Assembly (NCBI GenBank): GCA_016188355.1
Contig: JACPHY010000001.1
Location: 38,125-102,124, forward strand
Length of the DNA stretch: 64,000 bases
Source of the DNA: Candidatus Uhrbacteria bacterium
GTDB taxonomy: Bacteria > Patescibacteriota > Patescibacteriia > JACPHY01
Reading direction: 5' to 3'
The notes under the pieces were generated by a model. It made no database searches, was not told the origin of the DNA, and worked only from the letters and a program-made list of their open reading frames with translations. The stretch's first letter is position 1. Each line of letters starts with the position of its first letter. The position numbers were made by a program, and so were the translations under genes. Shown here one piece after another: positions 26,915 to 36,592 of this stretch.

Positions 26915-27432
26915 CGCAGCTCGTGGTGGTGTGCGGATTGCCGGGCACCGGAAAAACTACGCTCGCGCAGGCGCTTGCGGCGCGTTGGCATTGGCCATGT
27001 TTCAGTAAAGATGCAACCTGCAAAGAGCCGCTCTACGAGTTGCTCGGCGGATCCACTCTGGAGGAGAGTCGTCGTTTGGGGAGCGTGGCGATTCAGATGC
27101 TCCTGCGTATGGTGGAGATGCAACTGCGCTATGGCGTTTCGTGCATTGTGGAGGCCCCATTTCAGTATTCGGAGGATGGTGTCCGTTTTGCGCAATGGGC
27201 GGAGGAGTATGGCGTCGCGATCACCTGCGTCGTCTGTACCGTGGATGAGGAGGAGCGGTTGCGTCGATTTCGATCACGCACGCGACATCCGGCACATCAT
27301 GATGCAGATCGGACACCACATGCGGCGCATGCGGTGCCCTATCACTCGTTTCCGGGTGAGCTAATCTGGTTGGATACCGCACAGCCCCTGGAGGACGTGA
27401 TCGGTGCGGTCGAGCGTCAGGTTTCGAGGTAA
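26911..27432 (+). CDS. P-loop kinase (AAA_33 / zeta-toxin / gluconokinase-like NTPase). Start overlaps the stop of the upstream gene (ATGA).
   Basis: Walker A VVVCGLPGTGKTTLAQAL. Walker B-like CIVEAPF. ~170 aa, typical of AAA_33 small kinases. Confidence 0.65.
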   Translation: MTQLVVVCGLPGTGKTTLAQALAARWHWPCFSKDATCKEPLYELLGGSTLEESRRLGSVAIQMLLRMVEMQLRYGVSCIVEAPFQYSEDGVRFAQWAEEYGVAITCVVCTVDEEERLRRFRSRTRHPAHHDADRTPHAAHAVPYHSFPGELIWLDTAQPLEDVIGAVERQVSR

Positions 27433-27459
27433 TTAGCAGTCGCTTGACGAGACTGCTAA
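27433..27459 (+). promoter_or_regulatory. CIRCE-like operator (HrcA binding site): TTAGCAGTC-N9-GACTGCTAA, perfect 9-bp inverted repeat, 16 nt upstream of hrcA
   Basis: Matches the CIRCE consensus TTAGCACTC-N9-GAGTGCTAA with a C/G swap in each arm. Location immediately upstream of the hrcA-grpE-dnaK-dnaJ operon. Confidence 0.75.
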
Positions 27460-27475
27460 TCTCGGTACGATAGGG

Positions 27476-28192
27476 ATGTGTATGCTGGATACCCGGAAAA
27501 CGGCCATTCTCTGGTCCGTCATCGAAACCTACGTCGTTTCTGCCGCTCCCGTCTCGTCCCAAATTGTGGTCGAGCGTGGTGGCGTGGATGCGAGTCCGGC
27601 AACCATTCGGAATGACATGGCGCTGCTCGAGGAGGAAGGGTATCTGCATCAGCCACATACATCTGCCGGTCGCGTGCCCACCGAACGGGCGTATCGCGAG
27701 TACGTCGAATATCTCCTGCAGCATCATGCGCAACTCGTTCCGCGTGCCATGCGTATCGTCCTTTCGGTGGTCGAGGATATTGATGATGACGTGCACGTTG
27801 CGGGGAAATTACTGGCGCGCACATTGGCGGATGTGACGGCAGAGGCCATTGTGGTGGGATTTCCAGAGGGAGACGCGTACGCTACGGGCCTCGCCCATCT
27901 CGTCATTCAGCCGGAGTTCCATGATCCCGAGGTGCTGCAGCGGTTTTCGGTGGCGGTGGATCGCCTCGAGGAAACGTTGCAAGTGCTCGGAGAACGCGTG
28001 GGGCGAGCGCCGACGGTGATCCTCGGTGCAGAAAATCCATTTGGACCGCAGTGCGGAACGATTGCGAGTTGTCTCGAGCTGCCGGAGGGCCAGCAGATGA
28101 CACTTGGTATTGTCGGCCCGATGCGGATGGCGTATGACCAGCACCTGGGACTTTTGCGGACAATTGATGGCCTGATTCGCCAAACGATATGA
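27476..28192 (+). CDS. hrcA: Heat-inducible transcription repressor HrcA (alternative start ATG 27482)
   Basis: MLDTRKTAILWSVIETYVVSAAPVSSQ... is the HrcA winged-helix N-terminus. Followed by grpE-dnaK-dnaJ. Confidence 0.85.
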   Translation: MCMLDTRKTAILWSVIETYVVSAAPVSSQIVVERGGVDASPATIRNDMALLEEEGYLHQPHTSAGRVPTERAYREYVEYLLQHHAQLVPRAMRIVLSVVEDIDDDVHVAGKLLARTLADVTAEAIVVGFPEGDAYATGLAHLVIQPEFHDPEVLQRFSVAVDRLEETLQVLGERVGRAPTVILGAENPFGPQCGTIASCLELPEGQQMTLGIVGPMRMAYDQHLGLLRTIDGLIRQTI

Positions 28193-28638
28193 CCGATACC
28201 CCACAGCTCGCCGATGAGGCCCCGCAAGCGGATGATGTCCATGCCGCGTGTCAGCAGCAGTTCGCGGCGATTGAGGCGAAATGGAAACGCGCTATTGCGG
28301 ACTACCAAAATCGTGAACGGGACATCGCGCGGGAGCGTGAGGAGTTCGCGAAGTACGTTGCGGCGGATGTGATTCGAGACTTTCTCCCGCTCATGGATGC
28401 GATTGTTGCGGCGCAATCCCTTCCTGCGCTCCATCAACTTGGACTGGAGATACTGAAGCGCAATGGAGTGACGCCCACGGGTTTGGTGGGCGAGCGCGTG
28501 GACTATCTCCAGCACGAGGTGGTGGCCACGAAAGCGGAATCAGGAAAGGCAGCCGGTGAAATTGTGGAGGTCGTGCAGGTGGGATATGTCATGAATGGAC
28601 GGGTTCTGCGGGTGGCGAAGGTGATCATTGCGGCATAA
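28189..28638 (+). CDS. grpE: Nucleotide exchange factor GrpE
   Basis: RAIADYQNRERDIARER...DFLPLMDAI... C-terminal beta domain (GYVMNGRVLRVAKV). Confidence 0.85.
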   Translation: MTDTPQLADEAPQADDVHAACQQQFAAIEAKWKRAIADYQNRERDIAREREEFAKYVAADVIRDFLPLMDAIVAAQSLPALHQLGLEILKRNGVTPTGLVGERVDYLQHEVVATKAESGKAAGEIVEVVQVGYVMNGRVLRVAKVIIAA

Positions 28639-28759
28639 CGAAAAGATCCCCGCGCGGCGCAGTCGATGATGGTGCCGACGGGAGTGGTTCCCGTCAGATT
28701 GCAAAGAGCTCGGGCGTGCGTCTCCATTGTCCAACGTGGCCTTTTTTGAATTTCGTCAT

Positions 28760-30622
28760 ATGGCAAAAATTATTGGTATCGATTTGGGGACCTCCAACTC
28801 TGCCGCGGCGGTCATGCAGGGTGGCTCGCCGGTCATTATTCCCGCAGCGGAGGGAACGACCATCGGCGGGAAAGCATTCCCGTCCTACGTGGCATTTGCG
28901 AAAGACGGGCAGCTCCTCGTGGGCGAGCCCGCACGGCGGCAGGCGGTCGCGAATCCGGATCGCACATTCCAGGCGTTCAAGCGAAAGATGGGAACCGCAT
29001 TCACCTATAAAGTAGACGAGAAGGAATACACACCGCAGCAGCTTTCCGCATTCATTCTCCAGAAGATTAAGAAAGATGCGGAGGCATTTCTCGGGGAGCC
29101 GGTCACGAAAGCGGTGATTACCGTACCGGCGTATTTCGATGATAATCAACGTCAAGCAACGAAAGATGCGGGCGCGATTGCGGGGCTGGAAGTGGTGCGC
29201 ATCGTCAATGAGCCGACGGCCGCCGCGCTCGCCTATGGACTCGATAAGGTGAGCGAGCAGGATCAGCATGTGTTGGTGTTCGATCTCGGTGGAGGAACGT
29301 TGGACGTTACGATCATGAGCTTCGGACACGGCGTGTTCGAGGTGGAATCCACGTCGGGAGATACGCAGCTTGGGGGCACGGACATGGACCGCGCGCTGAT
29401 TGATTTTTTGGCGGAGGAATTCCAGAAAAAGGAGGGAGTGGATTTGCGAAAAGATCCGATGGCGTTCCAGCGATTGCGTGAGGCAGCGGAAAAAGCGAAG
29501 ATCGAGCTTTCCACGGTACTCGAAACGGAGGTCAATCTTCCGTTCATTACGGCAACCGCCGATGGGCCGAAGCACCTCCTCGTCAAAGTGACGCGGGCAA
29601 AGTTTGAGGATCTCGTGCGTCCCATTATTGAGCGCTGCCGGCAACCCATGGAGCAGGCGATTCGGGATGCGGGAAAGACGCCCGGACAAATTGCGAAGGT
29701 GATCCTCGTGGGCGGTCCGACGCGCATGCCGATTGTCCAGAAGTTGATTGAGGAGTATTTGGGTCCAAAAATTGAGCGCGGCGTTGATCCCATGGAATGC
29801 GTCGCAAAGGGCGCATCCATTCAAGGGGCCATTCTTGCAGGCGAGACGAGCACGAAAGATATTCTGCTCCTCGATGTCACGCCGCTCACCCTGGGATTGG
29901 AGACCCTGGGTGGAGTTGCGACGCCCCTGATCCCTCGCAATACGACCGTGCCGACGTCGAAATCGCAGGCGTTCTCGACCGCGGCAGACAATCAGACCAC
30001 CGTGGAAATTCATGTGCTGCAGGGGGAGCGTCCGATGGCCGCGGATAATAAATCGCTCGGCAAGTTCGCATTGGACGGCGTGCCGCCAGCGCCACGCGGG
30101 ATACCGCAGATTGAGGTGACCTTTGATATCGATTCGAACGGTATTCTCACCGTTTCGGCAAAGGATAAGGCCACGAATAAGGAACAGAAGATCACGATTT
30201 CCGGTTCCGCGCGTTTGGATCAGACCGAGATTGATCGCATGCGCAAGGAGGCGGAGCAGTTTGCGGAAGCAGATCGGAAGAAGAAGGAGCTTATCGATCT
30301 TCGGAATCAGGCGGAGCAGGCCATCTACGCTGCGGAGAAATCGCTCAAGGATCTGGGGGACCAGGTGGATGCGGCGGTGAAGACGGAGGTGGAGGCGAAG
30401 CTCGGGGAGCTCAAGAAGGTGAAGGACGGAGAAGATGCGGGTGCGTTGAAGAAGGCCATGGATGATCTCCAGCCGGCACTCTCGAAAATTGGCGAGTCAA
30501 TGTACAAAAAGGCGCAGGAGGAACAGCAGAAGAGCGGCAGTGCGAACACGAAGGGTGCCGCGCAGAGTGGCGACGCGGGATCACCGCCGAAGGACGCAGA
30601 TTTTGAAGAGAAGAAGCAGTAG
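28760..30622 (+). CDS. dnaK: Molecular chaperone DnaK (Hsp70). ORF open from 28727; canonical [11 protein letters not shown] start at 28760.
   Basis: [36 protein letters not shown] signatures. C-terminal EEKKQ-like tail. Confidence 0.95.
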   Translation: MAKIIGIDLGTSNSAAAVMQGGSPVIIPAAEGTTIGGKAFPSYVAFAKDGQLLVGEPARRQAVANPDRTFQAFKRKMGTAFTYKVDEKEYTPQQLSAFILQKIKKDAEAFLGEPVTKAVITVPAYFDDNQRQATKDAGAIAGLEVVRIVNEPTAAALAYGLDKVSEQDQHVLVFDLGGGTLDVTIMSFGHGVFEVESTSGDTQLGGTDMDRALIDFLAEEFQKKEGVDLRKDPMAFQRLREAAEKAKIELSTVLETEVNLPFITATADGPKHLLVKVTRAKFEDLVRPIIERCRQPMEQAIRDAGKTPGQIAKVILVGGPTRMPIVQKLIEEYLGPKIERGVDPMECVAKGASIQGAILAGETSTKDILLLDVTPLTLGLETLGGVATPLIPRNTTVPTSKSQAFSTAADNQTTVEIHVLQGERPMAADNKSLGKFALDGVPPAPRGIPQIEVTFDIDSNGILTVSAKDKATNKEQKITISGSARLDQTEIDRMRKEAEQFAEADRKKKELIDLRNQAEQAIYAAEKSLKDLGDQVDAAVKTEVEAKLGELKKVKDGEDAGALKKAMDDLQPALSKIGESMYKKAQEEQQKSGSANTKGAAQSGDAGSPPKDADFEEKKQ

Positions 30623-30648
30623 ACCAGGCGAGTGCGCGCAAGAGAAAA

Positions 30649-30670
30649 CGCCCCGTCGTATGACGGGGCG
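30649..30670. terminator. Hairpin cgccccgtc/gta/tgacggggcg between convergent dnaK and the minus-strand hypothetical gene
   Basis: 9-bp perfect stem read from the sequence. Position right after the dnaK stop. Confidence 0.5.
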
Positions 30671-30686
30671 CGGGCGCGGTGATCGG

Positions 30687-31169
30687 TTATTCGTGCGCAG
30701 ACAGGAATGCGCGCGCAAGGATCGCGCAGAGTTCGGGTAGCCGCTCGTTCGGTAGCCCGCCTTCGGCAAATCCCGCGCCCATGAGTTCGGATCTGCAGGT
30801 ACTGGGTCGATCCTCGAAGGTGAAATCCCAGCACCGTGTCGGGATGTGGTAGTAGCAATCGACGACCGGGTCCCGATGCTTGGCAGGGAAGAGTGCGAGA
30901 TTGATGTAGAGGTGGCCACCGGTATCCGCATCATCCGCCATCCAGTTGACGCTCCAGCTCAGCGTGCGGTCGCCATGCTTGGCTTGGTGATCGAACGTCA
31001 CCGATGCAACCGGCCATCCCGGCAGTTCCTGCGGCATCCAACTCCAGCTCGGTGCAGCGGTGATGCCATGGGCCGAGAAGAGCTGCTCGATGGTAGCGGT
31101 GACCTGTAGCGCGTCGGTGAATTGGGCTAAGAGCTGATGCACGGCGTTGCCTCTTTCTGTACTGCGCAT
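30687..31169 (-). CDS. Hypothetical protein (160 aa) on the opposite strand, inserted between dnaK and dnaJ
   Basis: Long ORF with balanced composition; no recognisable motif. W/H/C-containing (HxxxH, CYYH). Divergent from dnaJ. Confidence 0.4.
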   Translation of the reverse strand: MRSTERGNAVHQLLAQFTDALQVTATIEQLFSAHGITAAPSWSWMPQELPGWPVASVTFDHQAKHGDRTLSWSVNWMADDADTGGHLYINLALFPAKHRDPVVDCYYHIPTRCWDFTFEDRPSTCRSELMGAGFAEGGLPNERLPELCAILARAFLSAHE

Positions 31170-31304
31170 CCGTGGGTATCACGAATCGAGCTCACTGTAT
31201 CGGTTGGGCTGCATGGTGTCAATGGAGCAGATGGGGAATGTGCGGTATTGATGCGCCGGTATGCTCGTCGGGTGATGCTCTGGTACCCTGTGAATACGGA
31301 ATGT

Positions 31305-32417
31305 ATGGCAAATGACTACTACGAGGTATTAGGGATTCCGAAGCATGCGTCTCCCGACGACATTAAACGCGCGTTTCGAAAACTCGCGCAGGAGCATCAT
31401 CCGGATAAGGGGGGGGATCCGGAAAAATTTAAAGAGGTAAATGAAGCGTATCAGGTGCTTTCCGACGCAGAGAAGCGGCAGCAGTACGATCAGTACGGCA
31501 GGACATTCGAGCAGGCGCGTGCGCAGGGCGGATTCCAGGGATTCGAGGGATTCCGGGATTTTTCCACATGGGCGGAAGCATCCGGCGTCAATTTTGAGGA
31601 TTTGTTTTCTGGGATGTTTGGGGGCGGTCTCGGGGATATGTTTGGGATGGGCGGCGGACGTCGGCGGCAGCGTCGCGGGCGAGATCTCGAAATTGCGATC
31701 GAGTTAGAATTTTCTGAAGCGGTGTTCGGTGTCACGAAGGCGGTTCCCCTCGAACGTCGCGTGCCATGCGATGTGTGCGGGGGAAGCGGTGCTGCGTCGG
31801 GTGCGAGCAAGAAGGCCTGTGCTACCTGCAAGGGGGCGGGTCGCGTGCGCACGGTGCAGCAGACGATTTTTGGTGCATTTCAGGTGGTCACGACCTGCTC
31901 GTCCTGTCAGGGCGAGGGTCAGGTGATCACGGAGCCGTGCGTTGCATGCCGCGGGCAGGGGACGCAGTTGCGTACGGATGAGGTGCAGATTGCGGTGCCT
32001 GCGGGTGTCGAAGCGGGGAACACGCTTGAGCTTACCGGCCAGGGAGAGGCGGGAGAGCGGGGTCTTCCCTCGGGGAATCTCTACGTGCACATTCGCGTGC
32101 GCCCGCACCAGTTGTTCACACGGGAAGGAACCACTATTTTCTCGCGGATCGTGATCACGCCAACACAGGCAGTGCTCGGTGATCGGGTTATTGCCGCAAC
32201 GGTTGATGGTGATGTGGAGGTGAAAATTCCTGCGGGCACACAGCCCGGCGACCAGTTGCGCTTGCGCGGGAAGGGTGTTCCTCGTTCCCACGGGTTTGGT
32301 CGAGGGGATCAGGTGGTGACTGTGATGGTCGATATTCCCCGTAAACTGAATCGCAAGCAGCGAGAACGTTGGGAAGAACTGCAGCGGGTGGAAAAAGAGG
32401 AACGAGAAAAGACGTAA
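31305..32417 (+). CDS. dnaJ: Molecular chaperone DnaJ (Hsp40, type I). ORF open from 31137; canonical J-domain start at 31305.
   Basis: [36 protein letters not shown] (J domain, HPD). G/F-rich region. Four CxxCxGxG zinc-finger repeats. C-terminal CTD. Confidence 0.92.
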   Translation: MANDYYEVLGIPKHASPDDIKRAFRKLAQEHHPDKGGDPEKFKEVNEAYQVLSDAEKRQQYDQYGRTFEQARAQGGFQGFEGFRDFSTWAEASGVNFEDLFSGMFGGGLGDMFGMGGGRRRQRRGRDLEIAIELEFSEAVFGVTKAVPLERRVPCDVCGGSGAASGASKKACATCKGAGRVRTVQQTIFGAFQVVTTCSSCQGEGQVITEPCVACRGQGTQLRTDEVQIAVPAGVEAGNTLELTGQGEAGERGLPSGNLYVHIRVRPHQLFTREGTTIFSRIVITPTQAVLGDRVIAATVDGDVEVKIPAGTQPGDQLRLRGKGVPRSHGFGRGDQVVTVMVDIPRKLNRKQRERWEELQRVEKEEREKT

Positions 32418-32536
32418 GATGGTATACTGGTGTGGACAAGTGCACCTCCTTTTGGTTGCCGCATATATCGATGGCGGCGTTTGCGTGAGTATCCGCTCCC
32501 AACGCGTTTGGTGGGCGGGCGAGCACGTACGACGAG

Positions 32537-33562
32537 ATGAGGAGGTGCTTGCATGATCTGCATATGCCGGAGCAGCTCCCGCCATCGTCACCGACGCCCG
32601 TCGTCATTCGTACGGTGCTCGGTATTATTGCTTCGAGTGTGTTTGGCGCGTGGTTGGTGCAGGGAGCAGGGGCGGCGGTGTGGACGGAGCCGGGTGCGCA
32701 GCCGCCCACCGGAAATCCGCCGGGCTTCGTATGGACGCAGAGTCCATCTGCGTCACCGCAAGCAGGAGGTCAATTTAATATTGAAGGAGCAGGGAGGCTG
32801 GGCGGGGTATTAGAGGCGTTGGGCGGTGGTCTCTTTGGGAGTGCCACATTCGATCTCGGGAATGCCGCAGGTGGTCAGAGTGTCATTTCCGGAACGGCGC
32901 AATTCGACCGCATGCACGCGGCCGATGCGTTGTTGCTCCTGCAAACAGATGCAGGTGGAACGAGAACGGATCGTTTTCGCGTCGATCGTTCCGGTGCGGT
33001 CACCGCAAGTACGAGTGTCACGGCGCCGCAGATTTGCATTGGGAACGCATGTCGTACGGATTGGCCAACCGGTGCCATCACCGGGGTGACGGCCGGGACC
33101 AATCTCAGTGGTGGGGGCACTACAGGTTCGGTGACGCTCAACGTAGTCAATAATCCGACGTTTAGTGGGGATGTGAGTGTGGGGGGGCGGCTCAATGTGA
33201 CCGGCTGTTTTGGGCCCGTTCTGCGCGGCAAGACGAGCAGTACGGCAAATGGCAATCGTGGGGGGTATGCGCAGATCAACGTACTGTGCCCCGCCGGTCA
33301 GCACGTATGCACGACTGCGGAGGTGCTGAATTCGATCAACTGTGGAGCGATTGGGGTGGGGGGATTGGGTATCTCGAATGGAACGGATTTGTGGATCGCG
33401 AATCTTGCCCCCTCATTGCCGACGCCGACCAATGATTGCGTGGGATGGACGAAAGACACGGCGGCCTGGAAGGGCATTAAGTGGAGTTTTCATGCAACCA
33501 CCGGCGGTGCGGCATATGCGGAAGGTTGTAATGCCGCACTTTCCTTTGCTTGTTGCGGGTAA
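32537..33562 (+). CDS. Secreted or membrane-anchored repeat protein, paralogue of the downstream giant gene (tail-fibre-like repeats with Cys pairs, Cys-rich C-terminal module)
   Basis: N-terminal hydrophobic anchor. Shared motifs with the 33607-38776 gene: DALLLLQTDAGG, RFRVDRSGAV, QICIGNACRTDWP, ends ...FACCG. Confidence 0.55.
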   Translation: MRRCLHDLHMPEQLPPSSPTPVVIRTVLGIIASSVFGAWLVQGAGAAVWTEPGAQPPTGNPPGFVWTQSPSASPQAGGQFNIEGAGRLGGVLEALGGGLFGSATFDLGNAAGGQSVISGTAQFDRMHAADALLLLQTDAGGTRTDRFRVDRSGAVTASTSVTAPQICIGNACRTDWPTGAITGVTAGTNLSGGGTTGSVTLNVVNNPTFSGDVSVGGRLNVTGCFGPVLRGKTSSTANGNRGGYAQINVLCPAGQHVCTTAEVLNSINCGAIGVGGLGISNGTDLWIANLAPSLPTPTNDCVGWTKDTAAWKGIKWSFHATTGGAAYAEGCNAALSFACCG

Positions 33563-33606
33563 TAGTGCTTATGCTCCGCACGTCCGTTTCCTCCTCCCGT
33601 CGGCGA

Positions 33607-34458
33607 ATGGCGGTCACGCGCATCGGTAGTGTCGCATTGCTGGTGCTTGCCATGAGCGCGCCTTCGGTCGCATGGGGACAATCAACATGTTCAGCGGGTC
33701 AGCAATACTGTCCGTCCGGATCCTATGCGGGGACGTGTCAGGTGAATACGAGGTCATGTCCAACAGGATCGGTGAGTGCGACGGTGGATGGGTGTTCTGC
33801 GTGCGCGTGTCCTGGTGGGCAGGTGGTGTGCAGCAATGCGTGTGTTGCGACTCAGGCGGGAAACGCATGTACGACAGCAACCGGTGATTCTGGGACATAC
33901 AACGCCTGCGGTACGTCGTGCACGGCAACTCCTCCGGAATCGGTGATTATCACGCCATCTGCTGCACAGGCCACCATTCCGGCCCGGTCGTCACGTCCTG
34001 GGATTTTTCTCAATCAGACAGGAACCGGATCCATTGTGCAGCTGCAGCAATCCGGGGCGAATGTACTGACCGTGAATGGAACCGGTCTCCAGATCGGTTT
34101 GCAGGACGGAGGTCTGGGTATTGCGCTTGGGGCGGGTGATGCGGGACAAAATCTCTTGTATGGGGTCGTCGATTACGCGGCATCCAATGCGGGGGATGCG
34201 CTGCTACTGCTTCAAACTGCGGCGAATTCGGGAGGTTCGCAAGTACCCACTACGCGTTTTCGTGTGGATCGTGAAGGAAATGTGGCCGCGAGTGGTGGAG
34301 CAACGATCGCCGGCGGCATCACCGCAGGATCGGGAAGCGTCGGCATTATTGATAGCACCGGCAAAATTCCCGAACTCTCCTCGACCTACCTCGCCAATCT
34401 CTCTGGCGCGAATCTCACAAGCTTGAATGCAGCGAATCTCACGGGAGATAGCGGCTGA
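33607..34458 (+). CDS. 5' fragment of a giant secreted repeat protein (signal peptide, Cys-rich N-module), truncated by a 2-bp indel frameshift at ~34448. Likely continuous with 34427-38776.
   Basis: MAVTRIGSVALLVLAMSAPSVAWG signal peptide. The last ~150 nt are 100% identical to 35501-35650 except for the gc indel that creates TGA. Confidence 0.55.
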   Translation: MAVTRIGSVALLVLAMSAPSVAWGQSTCSAGQQYCPSGSYAGTCQVNTRSCPTGSVSATVDGCSACACPGGQVVCSNACVATQAGNACTTATGDSGTYNACGTSCTATPPESVIITPSAAQATIPARSSRPGIFLNQTGTGSIVQLQQSGANVLTVNGTGLQIGLQDGGLGIALGAGDAGQNLLYGVVDYAASNAGDALLLLQTAANSGGSQVPTTRFRVDREGNVAASGGATIAGGITAGSGSVGIIDSTGKIPELSSTYLANLSGANLTSLNAANLTGDSG

Positions 34459-36592
34459 CCAGGCGCTGTTTGGTGTATTGGTGGGATCCGCCGGAAAGTT
34501 CCTCATCGACAATGAGGGAGATGTGGTGGCGGTGGGTAGCGTGAAGGCACCATCGTTCTGTATTGGGGATGACTGCAAATCGTCGTGGGCAGCGGTGGCG
34601 ACTGGCAGTCCAGTGGTACAACTGCAATCGGCGACGCCGGGTACCGCGCAGGATGGCCATCTCAATATATCGGGAACGATTCGTGGAACGCAGCTTTGTC
34701 TCGGTGGAGAATGTAAAACGACGTGGTCGGAAATCGCGGGGACTTCGGTGTCGCTCCAAGGTTCATATCCTGGGACCGCAGATGCGGGCAATTTCCACGT
34801 GAGCGGGTCGGGTCGTGTGGGCACGGATCTCGCGGTGATCGGGACGACGACGCTAGGCGCCGCAGGGGGCAGTTCGACGGTTTTGAACGCGGTGGGATCA
34901 AATTTTTACCTGAACGGTGAAGGAAACATTCAGCTGCGGGTCGGAACTGCAGGAGCGGCTACGACGGAAAAATTTTCTCTCAATAATGGCGCGAATGCTG
35001 AAATTTTCTCCCTCGATGAGACGGGTGCCCTCGACGTTGCCGGCGGAATCGTCGCAGGAACCGGGAACGTTCAAATCGTGAATGCCACGGGAAAGATTAA
35101 CAATATTTCGTCTACGACGTTCGCTAACCTCTCCGGTTCCAACCTTACCACCTTGAACGCCACGCAATTGACCACGGGAACAGTTAATGCCGCGCGATTG
35201 CCGTCCACCATGACGCAGGCAACGACATTCACTGGAGTTCCCACAGGCACTGGGGTGCTGCAAGGATCGCTCATAGCGAATCCGGCATCTGCGACCGCGA
35301 ACTATGCATTACTTGGCGTGGCCGCCGCGGGTGATGTGGCCGCCGCCGGGCGATTGTGCATTGGATCAGACTGTCGCAGCGCATGGCCTGCCGGCATCCT
35401 GTTGCAGGATTCACTTCCGGGAACTGCACAGACAGGCAATTTCCATATTACCGGTGGGGCGGTGCTCGATGGTGCATTGAGCTCCGCAACGCTCAACGTG
35501 GCCGGCGGCATCACCGCAGGATCGGGAAGCGTCGGCATTATTGATAGCACCGGCAAAATTCCCGAACTCTCCTCGACCTACCTCGCCAATCTCTCTGGCG
35601 CGAATCTCACAAGCTTGAATGCAGCGAATCTCACGGGAGATGCAGCGGCTGACCAGGCGCTGTTTGGTGTATTGGTGGGATCCGCCGGAAAGTTCCTCAT
35701 CGACAATGAGGGAGATGTGGTGGCGGTGGGTAGCGTGAAGGCACCATCGTTGTGCATGGGGGATGATTGCAAGTCCCGTTGGTCGGACGTGACTGCGGGT
35801 ACGGTACTTCTGAGTAGTACTCGTCCTGGCTCGCAGCAGGATGGCCATATCAACATTACGGGTGATGTACGATCGGGAGCATTGATCACGACGGAGTACA
35901 TTGCATCGCTCGGTCCGATCGGATGGGGTCCGATCGGCGGACCCGCCGGATCGCTACAGTGGAATGAATCTACGGTGCAGATGGGTGCGTATTCCAACAA
36001 TGACGTACACATTATTACGGGAGGCGATCAGCCGCGCGTGCAGATTCAGCATGCGACGGGGAATGTGGGTATTGGTAGTGCCCCCAGCCCCGACTATCGA
36101 CTGAATGTGGGCGGTACTTTAAATGCGACGCGCATCTGTATTAATGGAGACTGTCAGACGGCATGGCCGGCGGGTGGTGCCGTCGGCAACTTTGTGCCGC
36201 TCCGTGCCAGCGCACCGACCACCGCCGACGCCGGCCATTTTTACATATCAGGATCTGGCCGTATTGGGGACGCGCTCCAGGTGGACAGCACCGGCGCAAC
36301 CGCCCTCGACGTTGCCGGAGGTATCGTTGCAGGAACCGGGAACATTCAGATCGTGAATGCCGCGGGAAAGATTCCTGTGTTGAGTGCCACCACTCTCGCC
36401 AATCTCACTGGCTCGAACCTCACCAACTTGAACGCTTCGCAATTGGCTGCTGGAACAGTTAATGCCGCGCGATTGCCGTCCACCATGACGCAGGCAACGA
36501 CATTCACTGGAGTTCCCACAGGCACTGGGGTGCTGCAAGGATCGCTCATAGCGAATCCGGCATCTGCGACCGCGAACTATGCATTACTTGGC
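34309..36592 (+). repeat. Intragenic long direct repeats: ~250 bp 100% identical pair (34309-34560 and 35501-35754, only difference the 2-bp frameshifting indel) and ~136 bp pair (35178-35313 and 36453-36592)
   Basis: Direct sequence comparison. The six-frame track shows duplicated antisense ORFs (34204-34824 vs 35411-35848) as a by-product. Confidence 0.8.

Noticed and set aside
34309-35754. Diversity-generating retroelement (template/variable repeat) explanation for the identical 250-bp repeats in the tail-fibre-like gene
   Set aside because: Both copies lie inside the coding region and are identical apart from a 2-bp indel (no adenine-specific substitutions). No reverse transcriptase gene is in the window. 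Better explained by intragenic duplication or gene conversion, or assembly collapse.
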